Source of the DNA: Octopus sinensis
Taxonomy: Eukaryota
Length of the DNA stretch: 64,000 nt
Reading direction: 5' to 3'
Assembly: GCF_006345805.1 (NCBI RefSeq)
Contig: NC_043005.1
Span: 18,786,001-18,850,000 of the forward strand
In this document: one piece after another, positions 12,885-26,712 of the stretch
Position numbering within the stretch: position 1 is the stretch's first letter
Layout of the letters: each line of letters starts with the position of its first letter
Translations under genes and position numbers: made by a program
Notes under the pieces: model-generated
Told to the model about the DNA's origin: nothing
Seen by the model: the letters and a program-made list of their open reading frames with translations, nothing else
The model's database searches: none

Positions 12885-13807
12885 GTGTGTGTGTATCATG
12901 AAATAATGTTATTTTAATTGAAATGAAACAGAAAACTGACACGATGCCAAAGTTAACAAAAAATAGAAAATAAAATGGAAACTTAATCAAAAATTTCTCT
13001 CCAAAGAGACTAATTTATATCTTATTAGTAAAATAACATTTTTAATTAATAAGCTGAGAAAATTAAATGTTAGAATAAAAAGCCGACAGGATTACCAACT
13101 CTCATTCCCCCCACCAACAAAGAACCCGCCGAAAAATAAAACAAGTAAATTGCACTTACCATTCCTTACTAAAATCATTTCATATCTCGTAAGAAATGTT
13201 TGTAACCATTTCCTATTTCGCAAAATAAGCTTTAAATATGTCATACCATGTAAGAACCCTTTTATAATCATATCATGTCATGAAATAACTTTTTGGCTAA
13301 TTATTTCCGGTGATATAATAAGTTCTTTAATAGTATGCAGTTTAACAATAATCTTTGCGTATTTCGCATCATGAAATAGGAATGATTTGCTAAGATGTAT
13401 AATAAGAAAGCAAAAATATGGAGAGAGAGGAAAAAATAAATATTTTGTTATAGCCATGACTCAACATACCTAGTTATTTTAGTAGAAGCATTAGAAATCC
13501 GAAATGGAAAATTTCTAGCATGAAAAAGAGTTTCAGAGAAAAAAGAAAAAGCAAAAACCCAAAGTAAAAGAAACTAGAAAATTGAGACGCAATGTTCGAT
13601 CGATAACAAGTAAATGACAGATTAGGAAGCGAGTTTGAAGATTGGAAAAGCTCTGAAGAATTACGTGAAATTAACTTCTGAAGACGAAATTACCTCACAA
13701 AGTATGTTACCAAGTACATATGTTAAAAGCTGTACTAGATGTAATACATGAGGTGACAAAATAAATGCTACATTATGTATGGATGTAATATAACCGAGTG
13801 TTTAAAG

Positions 13808-14020
13808 CGGCGTGCTGGCAGAAACATTAACACACCGGGCAAAATTCTTAGCGGTGTTTCGTCTGTCTTTACATTCTGAGTTCAAATTCCGCCGCAGTCG
13901 ACTTTTCCTTTCATCCCTTCCGGGTCGATAAATTAAGTACCAGTTGCGTACTGGTGTCAATCTAATCGACTGGCTCCCTCCCCCAAAATTTCGGTCTCTG
14001 TGCCTAGAGTAGAAAAGAAT
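13808..14020 (+). mobile_element. SINE family B, tail 2 (...TGTGCCTAGAGTAGAAAAGAAT)
   Basis: Same head and Deu-like body as the 11881 copy, different 3' tail. Confidence 0.8.
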
Positions 14021-14590
14021 ATAGCCGAGTGTTTAAGAAGTATGCTTCGCAATTGTTAAAGGTTAGATTCAGTTCTCAGTGTGTGTCAACTTGGTTGAGT
14101 GATTCGATTCTTACCATAACATTGGATGGATCGAAATCTTGGGAGGGAAACTGAGTTGACAGAGAGTACGTAATAAGTCTTAGGATACAGGTAATACGAA
14201 AGCTAAACTTATCACATTGTTACAAGCCGATTCCACTTAATCATTGTGATAGGGGTACTTTTGACCGTGGAATATTCAGCCACATCGCACACTAAGTCAG
14301 TGAATAGGAAACGGAGTTATTCGAGTAACCAGATTCTCAGATATCGTTTACTGTTCATCATCCGTCATAGAATGAAACGATATGTTAAAAGAGGAGGTAT
14401 TTTTACGTTCTTTCTGCTCTCATCGTTCGTATTTTCTTTTTTGTTTTTCCCCAAGTAAATAATAGCCGAGTTAAACTTAGATCCATTATTTCTCATTCTG
14501 TCATTTCGTTTTTGAACCTTTTCGGTTACTTCATTTATCTTCTAATTACTATATTTCAGGCATGAAAGAAAGAAGAAAGAACTGAAAGAA

Positions 14591-14660
<70 letters not shown>

Positions 14661-14662
14661 TA

Positions 14663-14857
14663 GTTAATCCAAACATGAAAATACAACAACGCGAGGATGT
14701 GGAACAAGTATAGTATTATTGGACGCTCAGGAAAGAAGGACAGAAGGAGAGCTTAACGTTTCGAGCGGAGCTCTTCGTCAGAAAAATAGAAAAAGAAAAG
14801 ATCCAAAGAAGGGAAGGCGGAGGAAAAAAATCGCCAACGGTACACACGCAGTCACAT
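14663..14857 (-). mobile_element. Family H1 copy 2 with intact hammerhead core
   Basis: Minus strand TTTT-CTGACGA-A-GAGC-TCC-GCTC-GAAA-CGTT-AAG at about 14752-14785; flanked by (TA)n. Confidence 0.8.
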
Positions 14858-14923
14858 TATATATATATATATCACTTCTTTCAGTTTCCTGTCAGATAAA
14901 TATATGTATCAGATATATATATA

Positions 14924-15076
14924 GCTTCTTTCAGTTTCCTACTGCTAAAGCACTCACAAGACTTTGGTCGGCCAGAGGCTATAGAAGACACTTACACAGT
15001 GTGCTACGCAGGAGGACTGAACACGGAGCCATGTCGTTCACAAGTAAATTTCTTATCATACATCCCTGTCTGCGCC
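14924..15076 (-). mobile_element. SINE family A (CORE-like), head portion, diverged
   Basis: Reverse complement of the GGCGCAGGAGTGGCTGTGTGG...GAAACTGAAAGAAGC consensus seen in many copies in this window. Confidence 0.75.
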
Positions 15077-16275
15077 TATATACGACAATATTTTCCTGCG
15101 TTCTGTCCTTTCTTTTTGTAAGGCCGAGAGTCGTGGTTTTTTTACAGCTATCATCACGTACAGGTTGTGGTTTAAAGGAATGTTTAATAGAATGATTTCT
15201 TTTTTCTTAAAGAAAGAAAAAATATCACTCTGTAAAGATCAATTTAAAATAACTAATTAACTCAAATAAATGATAAACAGGAAAAAATGGCACTGTAGTG
15301 AATATCACGAATGTCAGTTCTTGGGAACAGAGCTTTTCTGAGATTTATTTGGTTTTTAAATTTTGCATCACATTTAATTTTAATACCTGGGTTAGACGCA
15401 GGTTTCGAATGGAACAACACCTTAGTATTGTATTTAACATTGCAAGATTGAAAACAAATTATCGGTGCAGCTTGAGCGGATCAAATACCAGAATAGATCT
15501 TTAATAAAATAAAAAAACCTGTCTATTGGTTCTCGCACAGATGTTTTCGTCGTTTGACGATATACATGACGTTGTTCAAAAGAGAATGAACGCCACAAAT
15601 ACATCAACTTTCTCATTACAAAATACTTAAAACCTTGCAATCAGCATAAACAGATATTTGACATATCAAGGTTTGGTACCAACAAAGTGAGGAGTGGCTG
15701 CTATAGATATCTGAAGCAATATCTTACTTTGTCTAAAAATTTCACAACTGGAATTGGAATAAAACAACTGATATTTCAGACTCGTGCTTTTCCGGAATTT
15801 GCTTTTATCAAGGAATCTTTTCGGATGAAAAATGTATGATTTGTGTAAATAATATCACGGCAAGCAGCTTACAATAACAGACATCAGGATGAAACTCTGT
15901 TTCCGCAGTATTATAATTGTAGGAATCGGTAGTGCGATGGATCGGCAGAGTGTCTTTTAGTATTTAGTTATTTAAATCACAATGTTGGGTGCGTGTATAT
16001 ATATATATATATATAATATATATATATATATATAGTATATATATATATTATATATATATATTATATATATATATATATATAAAATATATATATTAGCGGA
16101 TCTATTTTTAGTGCTAGAGTCAACCACATAGAGGTCACTCTCTTATATTTACGTATAAAATTTATTGTATTCCCGGTTTTTATGCACTAAGCCACTTGGT
16201 GTTAAATTGATGGTACTATTATTAATTAGTATCCAATTTTCTCACCCTTATTAGTTGATTATATATATATATATA

Positions 16276-16444
16276 GGCGTAAGACTGGCTGTGTAGTAAG
16301 TAGCTTGCTTACGAACCACATGGTTCCGGGTTCAGTCCCATTGCGTGGCACCTTGGGCAAGTGTCTTCTACTATAGCCTCGGGCCGACCAAAGCCTTGTG
16401 AGTGGATTTGGTAGACGGAAACTGAAAGAAGCCCATCGTATATA

Positions 16445-16497
<53 letters not shown>

Positions 16498-16704
16498 TGT
16501 GTCTGTGTGTGTGTTTGTTCCCCAACATCGTTTGACAACCAGAGCTGGTGTGTTTATGTCCCCGTAACTTAGCAGTTCGGCAAAAGACCGATAGAATAAG
16601 TACTAGTCTTACAAAGAATAAATCCTGGGGTCGATTTGCATGACTACAGGTGGTGCTCCGGCATGGCCACAGTCAAATGACTGAAACAAGTAAAACAGTA
16701 AGAG
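16276..16704 (+). mobile_element. SINE family A (tRNA head, CORE-like domain, internal microsatellite, (AAAAGAGT)-type tail)
   Basis: GGCACCTTGGGCAAGTGTCTTCTACTATAGCC core, internal (TA)(TG)n, 3' end GACTGAAACAAGTAAAA. Resembles octopus OR-type SINEs (recalled). Confidence 0.9.
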
Positions 16705-16736
16705 TATATATATATATATATTATATATATATATAT

Positions 16737-16782
<46 letters not shown>

Positions 16783-16957
16783 AAGATAGGATAAAATTTT
16801 TCGAAAAAATTTATCAATGGCCAGCATATTAAAAAATACCTTTAAAGGTTAAATTTAAATAACTTATAAAACGTATATTACAATTCTATATTTAAGAGAT
16901 GAGGAATTATGTGCATTATTTACGTTATTTACATTTGATATAACCTCCAGCCTTCTC

Positions 16958-17045
16958 GGGCATATGGCGTAGTGGTTAAGAGCGCGAACTACTAACCCCA
17001 AGATTCCAAGTTCGATTCAGGGCAGCGACCTGAATAATAATAATA
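16958..17045 (+). mobile_element. Short tRNA-like retrocopy or mini-SINE with (TAA)n tail
   Basis: GGGCATATGGCGTAGTGGTTAAGAGCGC (A box) ... AGTTCGATTC (B box), then TGAATAATAATAATAA. No convincing acceptor stem. Confidence 0.6.
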
Positions 17046-17070
17046 ATAACATATTATAATATAAATACAT

Positions 17071-17167
<97 letters not shown>

Positions 17168-17616
17168 TATATACATATATATTATATACATCACTACGTG
17201 AGCGTTAGGCATTACAACCACTTAAAAAACAAATTTAAGAATCACTGATGCAGAGACTTAATAAGCTAATGTATAATACAATTAGTACTATAAGTAAAAT
17301 TTAGTACGTTAATTATGTTACCTCACCGACCTTAAGTCCTAAAGCTTCCTTCGACATGTCCAGTGTCGCCTTACGGTGGTACTACTCGCGTTGAGAAGAT
17401 CTGTTCTTCATAGTCACTCGGTTGTTGAATCGGTCTTACATTACCGCATTCTTTCCTGAAAATGGTGGAATAGCTGAAATAATGTTGTGCTAAATACTTA
17501 ATGAATAAAGAGCATACATGACCGATTTGTACACTCCTGGCAAAACTTTTAACCGTTGTATTTTCTTTTACGTTACCTTTTTCGAAATCACACAGTTTAT
17601 ATAAAGAAGCTAATAT

Positions 17617-17796
17617 GCGCAGGAGTGGCTGTGTGGTAAGTAGCTTGCTTACCAACAACATGGTTCCGGGTTCAGTCCCACTGCGTGGCATCTTGGGCAA
17701 GTGTCTTCTGCTATAGCCCCGGGCTGACCAATGCCTTGTGAGTGGATTTGGTAGACGGAAACTGAAAGAAGCCTGTCGTATATATGTATATATATA

Positions 17797-17829
<33 letters not shown>

Positions 17830-18064
17830 CTGTGTTTGTCCCCCTAGCATTGCTTGACAACCGATGCTGGTGTGTTTACGTCCCCGTCACTTAGCGGTTC
17901 GGCAAAAAGAGACCGATAGAATAAGTACTAGGCTTACAAAAAGAATAAGTCCCGGGGGTCGAGTTGCTCGACTAAAGGCGGTGCTCCAGCATGGACGCAG
18001 TCAAATGACTGAAACAAGTAAAAGAGTAAAAGAGAAAAAAGAGTAAAAGAGAAAAAAGAGTAAA
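17617..18064 (+). mobile_element. SINE family A, full length
   Basis: Complete head, core, microsatellite and tail. Confidence 0.92.
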
Positions 18065-18329
18065 TGTCGATTAAAAAGGAATGTGTGAGTCTATTTAGTA
18101 AAAAACAAGGCGCTATACGTCAGGCGTTTAATTTTTATTTTCCAGTTGCCTTCAGAAATGGATGAGAGAAATTTTCTTTTACGAGAAAAAACAAATAATT
18201 ATTCAAGAATTGTTTTCGCTTATTGTTGCTTGGGAGTCGTTTGCGGTGATTCAGTTGAAAGCAACATTGAAGAAAACCACTTCAGTCGTAATCATTTACT
18301 TCGTCGCCGGCATCGTCGTCGTCGTGGTC

Positions 18330-18768
18330 ATCGCCACCATTATAGCATGGACATCATCATCATCACTTTCGTCACCATCTTCATTATCACCGTCACCATC
18401 ATCTTTATCATCATCACGGCCGTTTCCATTATCATCGTCATCATCGCCATCATCATCATCATCATCGTCATCAGCAAGCTCATCATCATCATCATCATCA
18501 TTATCATCAACATCATCATCAACATCATCATCAGCAGCATCATTATTATCAACATCATCATCATCATCATCATCATCATCAACATTATCATCAACATCAT
18601 CATCATCATCATCAACATCATCATCATCATCAACATCATCATCACCATCATCATCGGCATCATCATCAACATCATCGTCATCATCATCATTATCATCAAC
18701 ATCATCATCAACATCATCATCAGCAGCATCATTATTATCAACATCATCATCATCATCATCATCATCAA

Positions 18769-18803
<35 letters not shown>

Positions 18804-18990
18804 ACATCATCATCATCATCAACATCATCATCACCATCATCATCGGCATCATCATAAACATCATCATCATCATTATCATCAACATCATCAACATCATCAT
18901 CATCAACATCATCATCATCATCATCATCATCAACATCACCATAATCAACATCATCATCATAATCAACATCATCATCATCATTATCATCAA

Positions 18991-19027
<37 letters not shown>

Positions 19028-19096
19028 GTCATCATCATCATCATCAACATCATCATCACCATCAACATCATCATCATCATCAACATCATCATCAAT

Positions 19097-19142
<46 letters not shown>

Positions 19143-19200
19143 ACATCACCATCATCAACATCATCATCATAATCAACATCATCATCATCATTATCATCAA

Positions 19201-19243
<43 letters not shown>

Positions 19244-19447
19244 GTCATCATCATCATCATCAACATCATCATCACCATCAACATCATCATCATCATCAAC
19301 ATCATCATCATCAACATCATCATCATCATCATCATCATCAACATCATCATCATCATCGTCATCATCATCATCATCAACATCATCATCATCATCATCAACA
19401 TCATCATCACCATCATCATCGGCATCATCATCAACATCATCATCATG
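18330..19447. repeat. 1.1-kb degenerate (ATC)n tract with higher-order duplications
   Basis: In-register variant triplets (AAC, ATT, ACC, GTC, GGC). Blocks recur at about 18500/18690 and 18930/19140. Confidence 0.95.
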
Positions 19448-19907
19448 AGGACTGACTCCTGGAGCGATCCGAACACGTTACTCATTAAATAAATTTACGT
19501 GCACGGATATTGTTCGGAAACCAGTAGAACGGGTGGTACTTATAATTCAGTTCTCCAGCTTAATCACCCGCTGCGTAGTTCTGATTAACAGTACACATGC
19601 CTGCGGAATACTCAGCCAATTACACATTAATTTAACGCACAAGTAATCCAATTAATGCAGAGATTGACTATTCATACACGAATGCAATAGAAGAACCACC
19701 ATTGCATTCGTCATCATTATTTACACCACCACCACCATCATCATCGTCCTCCTCCTCCTCCTCCTCATCATCATCATCGTTATCATCACTATCAAAATCG
19801 GTATCACTACAATGAAGTTATTTCTTATGAATCCGATGGTAATGATGATTCTAAAGACATCGAGGATAGGGACGAAGATGGCGGTAATGATTATAGACAA
19901 CGATAAA

Positions 19908-19947
<40 letters not shown>

Positions 19948-20077
19948 GTGATGGTGTGGTGGTGGTGGTGGTGGTGGTGGTGGTGGTGGTGGTGGTGGTG
20001 GTGTTGGCGGTGGTGGTGGTTATAAGAACAGCGAAACTGCAGAATTGCTAGAATGTCGGAGAAAATAGCTTACAATA

Positions 20078-21371
20078 TATTGAGTTGGTAACTAAGTTCC
20101 CGCCGTTTCTTTTAAAATTTTGGAATTTATTGCCTTTTTAAATTTTCGAATCTATTTTTTCTTTCGAGAATTCTATTTTTGAATCATTTTGGAATCTATT
20201 TTGTTTTTTTGTTTTCTCTAGTTAATTTTAGTTAATTTTTGCATATTTTTCAGATTATTAAAATGAAATGTCAAGTTAAGAAAAAAAGACACCTACTTCT
20301 TTTTGCATTTAATCAAGGTCCTAAGGCCGCAAAAGCTGCTTGCAACATTTGTGCTGTATATGGAGAGGGTGCCATAGCTGAAAGTCCCGCCTGTGATTGG
20401 TATGCCACGTTCAAAAATGGAAATTTTCACCTCAAAGACGCACCTCGTTCTGGCCGTACAGTTGAGTTCGATGAAAAACCAACTTTTGCATGAAAGTTTT
20501 CGTCAAACGACAAGAAAACTGGCAGAGGAAATGGAATGCTCACACACAGCCATAGAGAAGCATCTTCACTCGATGGGAAAGGTTCAGAAGATGGAGCATG
20601 GGTTCCGCATGCTCTAAGTGACAACAACAAAAATCAACGAGCCACAATCTTAACTGATTTGCTTGCTCATCACCGCTCAACTCATGGACACAAGCAACGA
20701 TTTTCTTTTCTTTACCGAATTGTTACTGGCGACGAACAATGGTGCCTGTACATCAATATGAAGAAGCGTAAGTAATGGCTTAGCCCCGGTAAACAAGCGA
20801 CACCGCGCGTGAAACAAGGTCTTCATCCGCGTAAAAAGATGTGCGATGATGGGACTGGGAAGGGATTATCCATTACGAATTGCTTGAATGGAACCAAACA
20901 GTGAACGCGGAACTCTATTTTCAACAGGTGGAACGACTCAATACGGCTATTCTAGAGAAAATACCTAATCGGCAGCATGGAGTTCTTCTGCTGCACGAGA
21001 ACGTTCGCCCTCATATCACTAATATCATCAAGGAAGCCATTCAAACGCATGGCTGAGAAGTGCTGCCACACCCACCGTACTCTCCTGATTTGGCCCCAAC
21101 GGATCTCCACCTCTTTCGATTTATTTTAAATGGTATGCGCGGAGTTTCGTTCAATACTGATGCAGAATTGAGAGCTTGATTGGATCAATTTTTCAAGTCG
21201 AAATCAGGTGATTTCTACCAACGAGGCATTGAAAATGTTGTTGAACGTTGGGAAGAAGTTTTAAGCAACAAGGATGAATACATTATTGATTAATTAGTTG
21301 TTAATTTTTATTAAGCCTTTTAAAATTTTAAATTTAGAAAAAACGGCGGGAACTTAGTTGCCAACCCAATA
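20078..21371 (+). mobile_element. Full-length mariner (DD34D) element, transposase pseudogenised
   Basis: TIRs TATTGAGTTGGTAACTAAGTTCCCGCCGTTT / AAACGGCGGGAACTTAGTTGCCAACCCAATA with TA flanks, 1294 bp. Motifs WVPHAL, IVTGDE, LHEN (for DN), HPPYSPDLAPTD; frameshifts and stops present. Confidence 0.95.
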
Positions 21372-21544
21372 TATCCCAGCTGTTGAAGTGCTTAGCTCAA
21401 AGATCAATTTTCTTTCATCCCCTTGTGGTCAACAATATGAAGTACCAGTCAAATCTTGTTGTCAATAGTTTCCTCTAAATCTTTAAGTTCAAACCTCAAA
21501 ACTGTTGAAATTGTGTCTCAATTTATAAACGTTACAGTTTATAG

Positions 21545-22860
21545 TAACCTCCCTCACAAAACATAATAACACTTTGGACCTGCTCTTTACTATTACTCCT
21601 GAAACTGTTATCGGTGTTACGAGAAAGGAACCTCTAGGCAACTCCGATCATACTATAACCATTCTCTTGTGTCAGAGAAACACTCGAGAACTTTTGAAGC
21701 TCTCACAGTCTCAATCGGCCTTCACCATATGGATTTATCCCTAACTCCAGCTACTGAAGTCAGCTCATCGAGTTCTTGAGGACATCACCCGAGTTACTGA
21801 TGGCGGTTCATGGGTACATGCTATCTACTTGACTTTGCTAAAGCCTTCAATTCTGTCCCACAGAAACGACTCATGGTAAAACTTTCTGCAAATGGTGAGA
21901 AAGATGATCTCTATAACTAGCTGAAGTCGGTCGGAAAGAGGTAGTCACGGTTCTAGGACCTCATTCTTTACCCTACGCGATGACGTCTGGTGTACCACAG
22001 GGATCCGCTACCCCACTGTTTGTTGCATATATATTAGTGACATAGATGCCAACTTGTGGAATGTTACAGTGTTGAAATATGCAGATGGCATCACTCTGTA
22101 CGTCGAAATAAAAAGGGCATATTCTATGTACCATAGATCTTTCCAGCACTCAGAGTATGGCACAATGCAGCAATAAATTTCTGACTGGCAACCCAAGCTA
22201 GCTGTGAACATGTGCGTCACCATGCATTTTGGGAGGAAAAACCCAGCATTTACATACTTCCTCAGCAACACCACCCTCAAGAAATCTTCTAGAGAACGTG
22301 CTCAGGTTAGTATAGTAAGCAGCGATCTGCGTTGGCCAAACCACATCTCTAAGATTTTCAGGAAGGCTGAGGGTATCCTAACGTCACTCAATATGACATT
22401 TGTCAGCCGCTCTCGAGCTACTTATTTAAAATTGTGTATGACAATGGTACGTCCACACTTAGAATTTACATCACCAGTCTGAAACCCCTGTCTTGCTCAG
22501 AAGATAAATCTCTTGGAAACTGTTCAGAAACGTGCAACAAAACGAATACCCGCATCTACCATAATCTGGGCAACTTGTTTCCCTGGCCATGGGCACATTG
22601 AAGATGAGACGTATCCACAATCTTTCCAACAACAACCTTGGGCACATTTTTGAATTCCATATATCAAACACACATTGACATGGTCACAAAATCAAAAACA
22701 ATATAGCACCCATAACTTCCGGAAACATTCTTTCAGCCTCTGAATTGTTGAAGCATGGAATAAACTATAAGGTATCAGTCGTTAGCTGTTGTGAACTACA
22801 TCCTTCAAAACTGCCACGCTTCCTCAAATCCACCAACAGTACACCTGATGGTTTTTTTGT
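21545..22860 (+). mobile_element. CR1-clade LINE relic (end of APE domain plus RT, internally deleted)
   Basis: NTLDLLFT...PLGNSDH; YLDFAKAFNSVP; SGVPQGS; KYADG; VRPHLEF...VQKRATK; IVEAWNKL. Confidence 0.85.
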
Positions 22861-22908
22861 CTTAGTTGTAGTGCATCTGAGAACTGTATACAAATTCTTT
22901 CATATATA

Positions 22909-23067
22909 TGGCTGTGTGGTAAGTAGCTTGCTTACCAACCACATGGTTCCGGATTCAGCCAGACTGCGTGGCACCTTGGGCAAGTGTCTTCTACTATAGC
23001 CTCGCTCCGACCAAAGCCTTATGAGTGGATTTGGTAGACGGAAACTGAAAGGAGCCTGTCGTATATC

Positions 23068-23130
<63 letters not shown>

Positions 23131-23147
23131 CTCTCTCTCTCTCTCTC

Positions 23148-23204
<57 letters not shown>

Positions 23205-23253
23205 TGTAATCTATGTATGCATGTCTATGTTTGTGTGTCTGTGTTTGTCCCCC
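22909..23253 (+). mobile_element. SINE family A, 3'-truncated
   Basis: Head and core followed by (TATC)n(TC)n(TA)n. Confidence 0.85.
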
Positions 23254-23270
23254 CATTATATATTATTAAT

Positions 23271-23305
<35 letters not shown>

Positions 23306-23920
23306 GACTATGATAATGATAAAGAAAATAACAATAACGAGGGGGAAGACGAGGAAGAAGTGGAAAATGGACACGACAACGACAGTGATCATGATAACGA
23401 TGATGATGGAACGTCCGTGATGATCGCTATGAATGATGATGATGATAATGATGAATGATGATGAGGAAGATGATAATGACTTTGATGGTGTTAGTAAGAA
23501 TGGAATTACTGGAAACTTTCGGATTACCGTATATTGAAATCCATAGGAGTCTATTGATTATTAAATTATATATCATTGGAGCGTGGGTTTGTGTATGACT
23601 GATTGTTTGAGTAGATTTCCACTAACAGCAACCAATTAAGCGATGTCTGAAATTCAGAATAGAAATTTGGATAACTAAATAATTATGCTTGACCTATTCC
23701 AGATTATTCGATAACTTGAGTTTATTATTATTATTATTATCATCAAGTTGGCCGGTTGGCGGAATTTGTTCGAGCGTCGGGAGTAAGAAGGCTTTGTGAT
23801 ATTTGCTCCTGATCTTTACATTCTGACTCAAATCCCCCCCCCCCTGGGGCCAACTTTGTATTTCGTCCTTTCGCGGTCGGTAAAAGAAAGTATTGGGTAA
23901 GTATTGAAGTCGATATAATA

Positions 23921-24151
23921 GGCGCAGGAGTGGCTGTGTGGTAAACAGCTTCCTTACCAACCACATGGTTCCGGGTTCAGTCCCACTTCGTGGCACCTTG
24001 GTTAAGTGTCTTCTATTATAGCCTCCGGCTGACCAAAGCCTTGTGAGTGGACTTGGGAGACGGAAACTGAAAGAAGCCCGTCGTATATATCTCTCTTTTC
24101 TCTTTTACTTGTTTCAGTCATTTGACTGTGGCCATGCTGGAGCACCGCCTT

Positions 24152-24202
<51 letters not shown>

Positions 24203-24420
24203 ATATGTTTGTGTGTCTGTGTTTGTCCCCCAACATCGCTTGGCAACCGATGCTGGTGGATTTACGTCTCCGTAACTTAGCGGTTCGGCAAAAGAGAACC
24301 AATAGAATAAGTACTAGGCTTACAAGGAATTAGTTCTAGGGCCGATTTGCTCGACTAAAGCGGTGCTCCAGCATGGCCGCATTCAAATGACTGAAACAAG
24401 TAAAAGAGTAAAAGAGTAAA
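23921..24420 (+). mobile_element. SINE family A containing an inverted SINE tail fragment (24099-24152)
   Basis: 24099-24152 is the reverse complement of the family tail, matching about 24360-24415. Confidence 0.85.
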
Positions 24421-24669
24421 CTAAACTCTTTTCCCTAAAATTGCTGGCCTTGTGCTAAAATTATCAACGCAACGAGCTGAAAGAATCGTTAGATTTGCGG
24501 AAGAAATATTTTGCGGTATTTATTCCGGCTCTCTATTTCCTGAGTTCAAATGCCGCCAAACTCAACTTCACCTTTCATTGTTTCGAGGTCGATAAAATAA
24601 AGTACCAGTGAAGAAGCAGTGGGGTAGATGTAATCGATAAACGCCTTTCCCCTAAAATTGTTATTTTTG

Positions 24670-25170
24670 CTAGCACTATGACCCGGCGTTGCCGGGTCTA
24701 GGGCTAGTGCTTGTTGTTCGTTGCCGGATAGCAGTAAACATTTCTCACTAAATCAAGAGCTAAGTTTCTTATCACATTTCAGCCCGGGCCATTTTTGTTG
24801 TTTATGAGCTAGTTAGAGCTTTTTATTAGAGTAATTAATATTCATTGGACGTCGGTCTTCACACCTGGAACGGCATAATCATGGAAAATTAGCGGGACTG
24901 TGCACATGTCATTAGTCGGACAAAAAAGGAGGCAGAAGAAAGCGAAAAACTCGAATTTGGCCGCAAAATAAGTTATGGGCATAAGGGGTCGGTTTAACGA
25001 TTTTTAATGGCTTTCTGGGGTGACTGAGGAAATGAAAAGATCTTCACGACCATCCTCAGACAGGTTTGAAAGCCCTTGGAAAATATGAGCCTTTTACGTG
25101 AAAAACTGGATTTGTATAAACGACACACAGACACACAGATACGCAGACATTTTGCCGTTTATAGATATAG
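24670..25170 (-). mobile_element. Non-autonomous Helitron (family B)
   Basis: 3' end is a perfect hairpin ACCCGGC-GTT-GCCGGGT followed by CTAG on the minus strand. 5' end resembles the 7147 copy (ATAAA...GCAAAATGTCTGCGT). Confidence 0.8.
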
Positions 25171-26612
25171 GGATGTCAAAATTTGAAACAATTATCACAT
25201 TGGCAGAATCTATAAGCACTGGTAGAAATGCTTTAATGAAATTTCTCCGGTTCTTTACATTCTGAGTTCAAATCCCACAGAGTTCGCGTTTGTCTTTCAT
25301 CCTTTTGAGGTCGGTAAAACAAATTACCAGTCAATTTACTAACCTCACTCCTCTCAAAATTATTCGTCTTGTGCCAAAACCGTGATTTAAGGTAGCTTTT
25401 CGGCTAAAATAGTGTTAAGGATAGAATGCTATCAACAATGAATTAATGGACAGTCTGTTCCCCCCCCCCGATTTACATGATTACACTTCGACAAAAACTT
25501 AAATTATTATTATTGTCACTGTTATTGACTTCATCATAATCATTCTCATTATCATTTATCTTTCCCATCATGATTCTTATCCTCATTATCCGTCTTAAAT
25601 AAACGTTTTTTTTTTTCTAATGAAAGATATACTGATTATTGTTGGTGATTTCTAGATGGTGATTATATTTTTTAATCCGGAGTCGCTGTGCGTTTCATAA
25701 TTAACTTAATCCGTTGATTCACTTTGATCTTTAATAACATCAGTATTCTAACATTACAGTTGTCCTATTCCAAGTTGAATTCATATACGAACTAACCTCG
25801 TTTCACTTGGAATATCATGTAAAAAAATCAGTTGAGTATTGCAGAAGTGTTGCTCATGGATGTGTGTATATGTGTATGCATCTGCGCGTATGTGAGTGTG
25901 TGTATGGAAGAGTCAAAAGTTTACGAAGTTCGTATGGAGATCACGGGGTTTGGGGTTTGATGTCACAGTGTGGAATCTTGGAGAAATGTTTACTAACATA
26001 ACGACCGTAATCGGAAACTGTGCGAAAACCCGTCAGATGGGTTGTACCTTAATCCAAATGCTCGACTTTGCCATACACTACATTTATCTGATTGCACCTG
26101 GAGATTACACGAAGAGTATATGACTGTAGAATAGAAGCTATTGCATTTTAATTGAACAATCAGCTAATCGGCTACGTGATCGAGTATATTCAATAATCGT
26201 TGTCGAAACCGACAGAGGATCCGTTTTCTTTTTACTTTTACGTGTAAGTGCTTTCAAAGCAGAAACAAATGCAAAACTGAGAGGAAATAGAATGATGGTA
26301 AGAAAGAGCGAATGGAATGTTATACTGTTACATGTGGATATTTGGGGAAACTTTACAAAAGAGCAAATTGAACAAGAACTAACGATATTGAATTACTTTA
26401 CATAGTTTATTTAATTCTCCTATTAACACTTCGAGATAATACCTCATCATAAATTAAACAGTCTCGAGAATCTGTTATCGCAACTTATTTCACAAACTAT
26501 GCAATTTTCTCTTCATCTGTAAACTGGTAAATCGGGTCAACGCCGGTGACGTTTGTCTTTTCCTCGAAGTAAGGGTAAATATGTTTTTGTTTCTTTTGTT
26601 GTGTTTTTTTTT

Positions 26613-26712
26613 NNNNNNNNNNNNNNNNNNNNNNNNNNNNNNNNNNNNNNNNNNNNNNNNNNNNNNNNNNNNNNNNNNNNNNNNNNNNNNNNNNNNNNNN
26701 NNNNNNNNNNNN
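26613..26712. other. Assembly gap (100 N)
   Basis: Direct observation. Confidence 1.

Noticed and set aside
13160-13389. Minus-strand exon-like segment with strong acceptor and GTAAGT donor
   Set aside because: All three frames contain stops (the best has one TGA) and I recognise no homology. It could still be a UTR or pseudo-exon.
17400-17615. YKLCDFE resembling the kinase K-L-x-D-F-G motif
   Set aside because: The invariant Gly is absent and no other kinase subdomains are nearby; probably chance.
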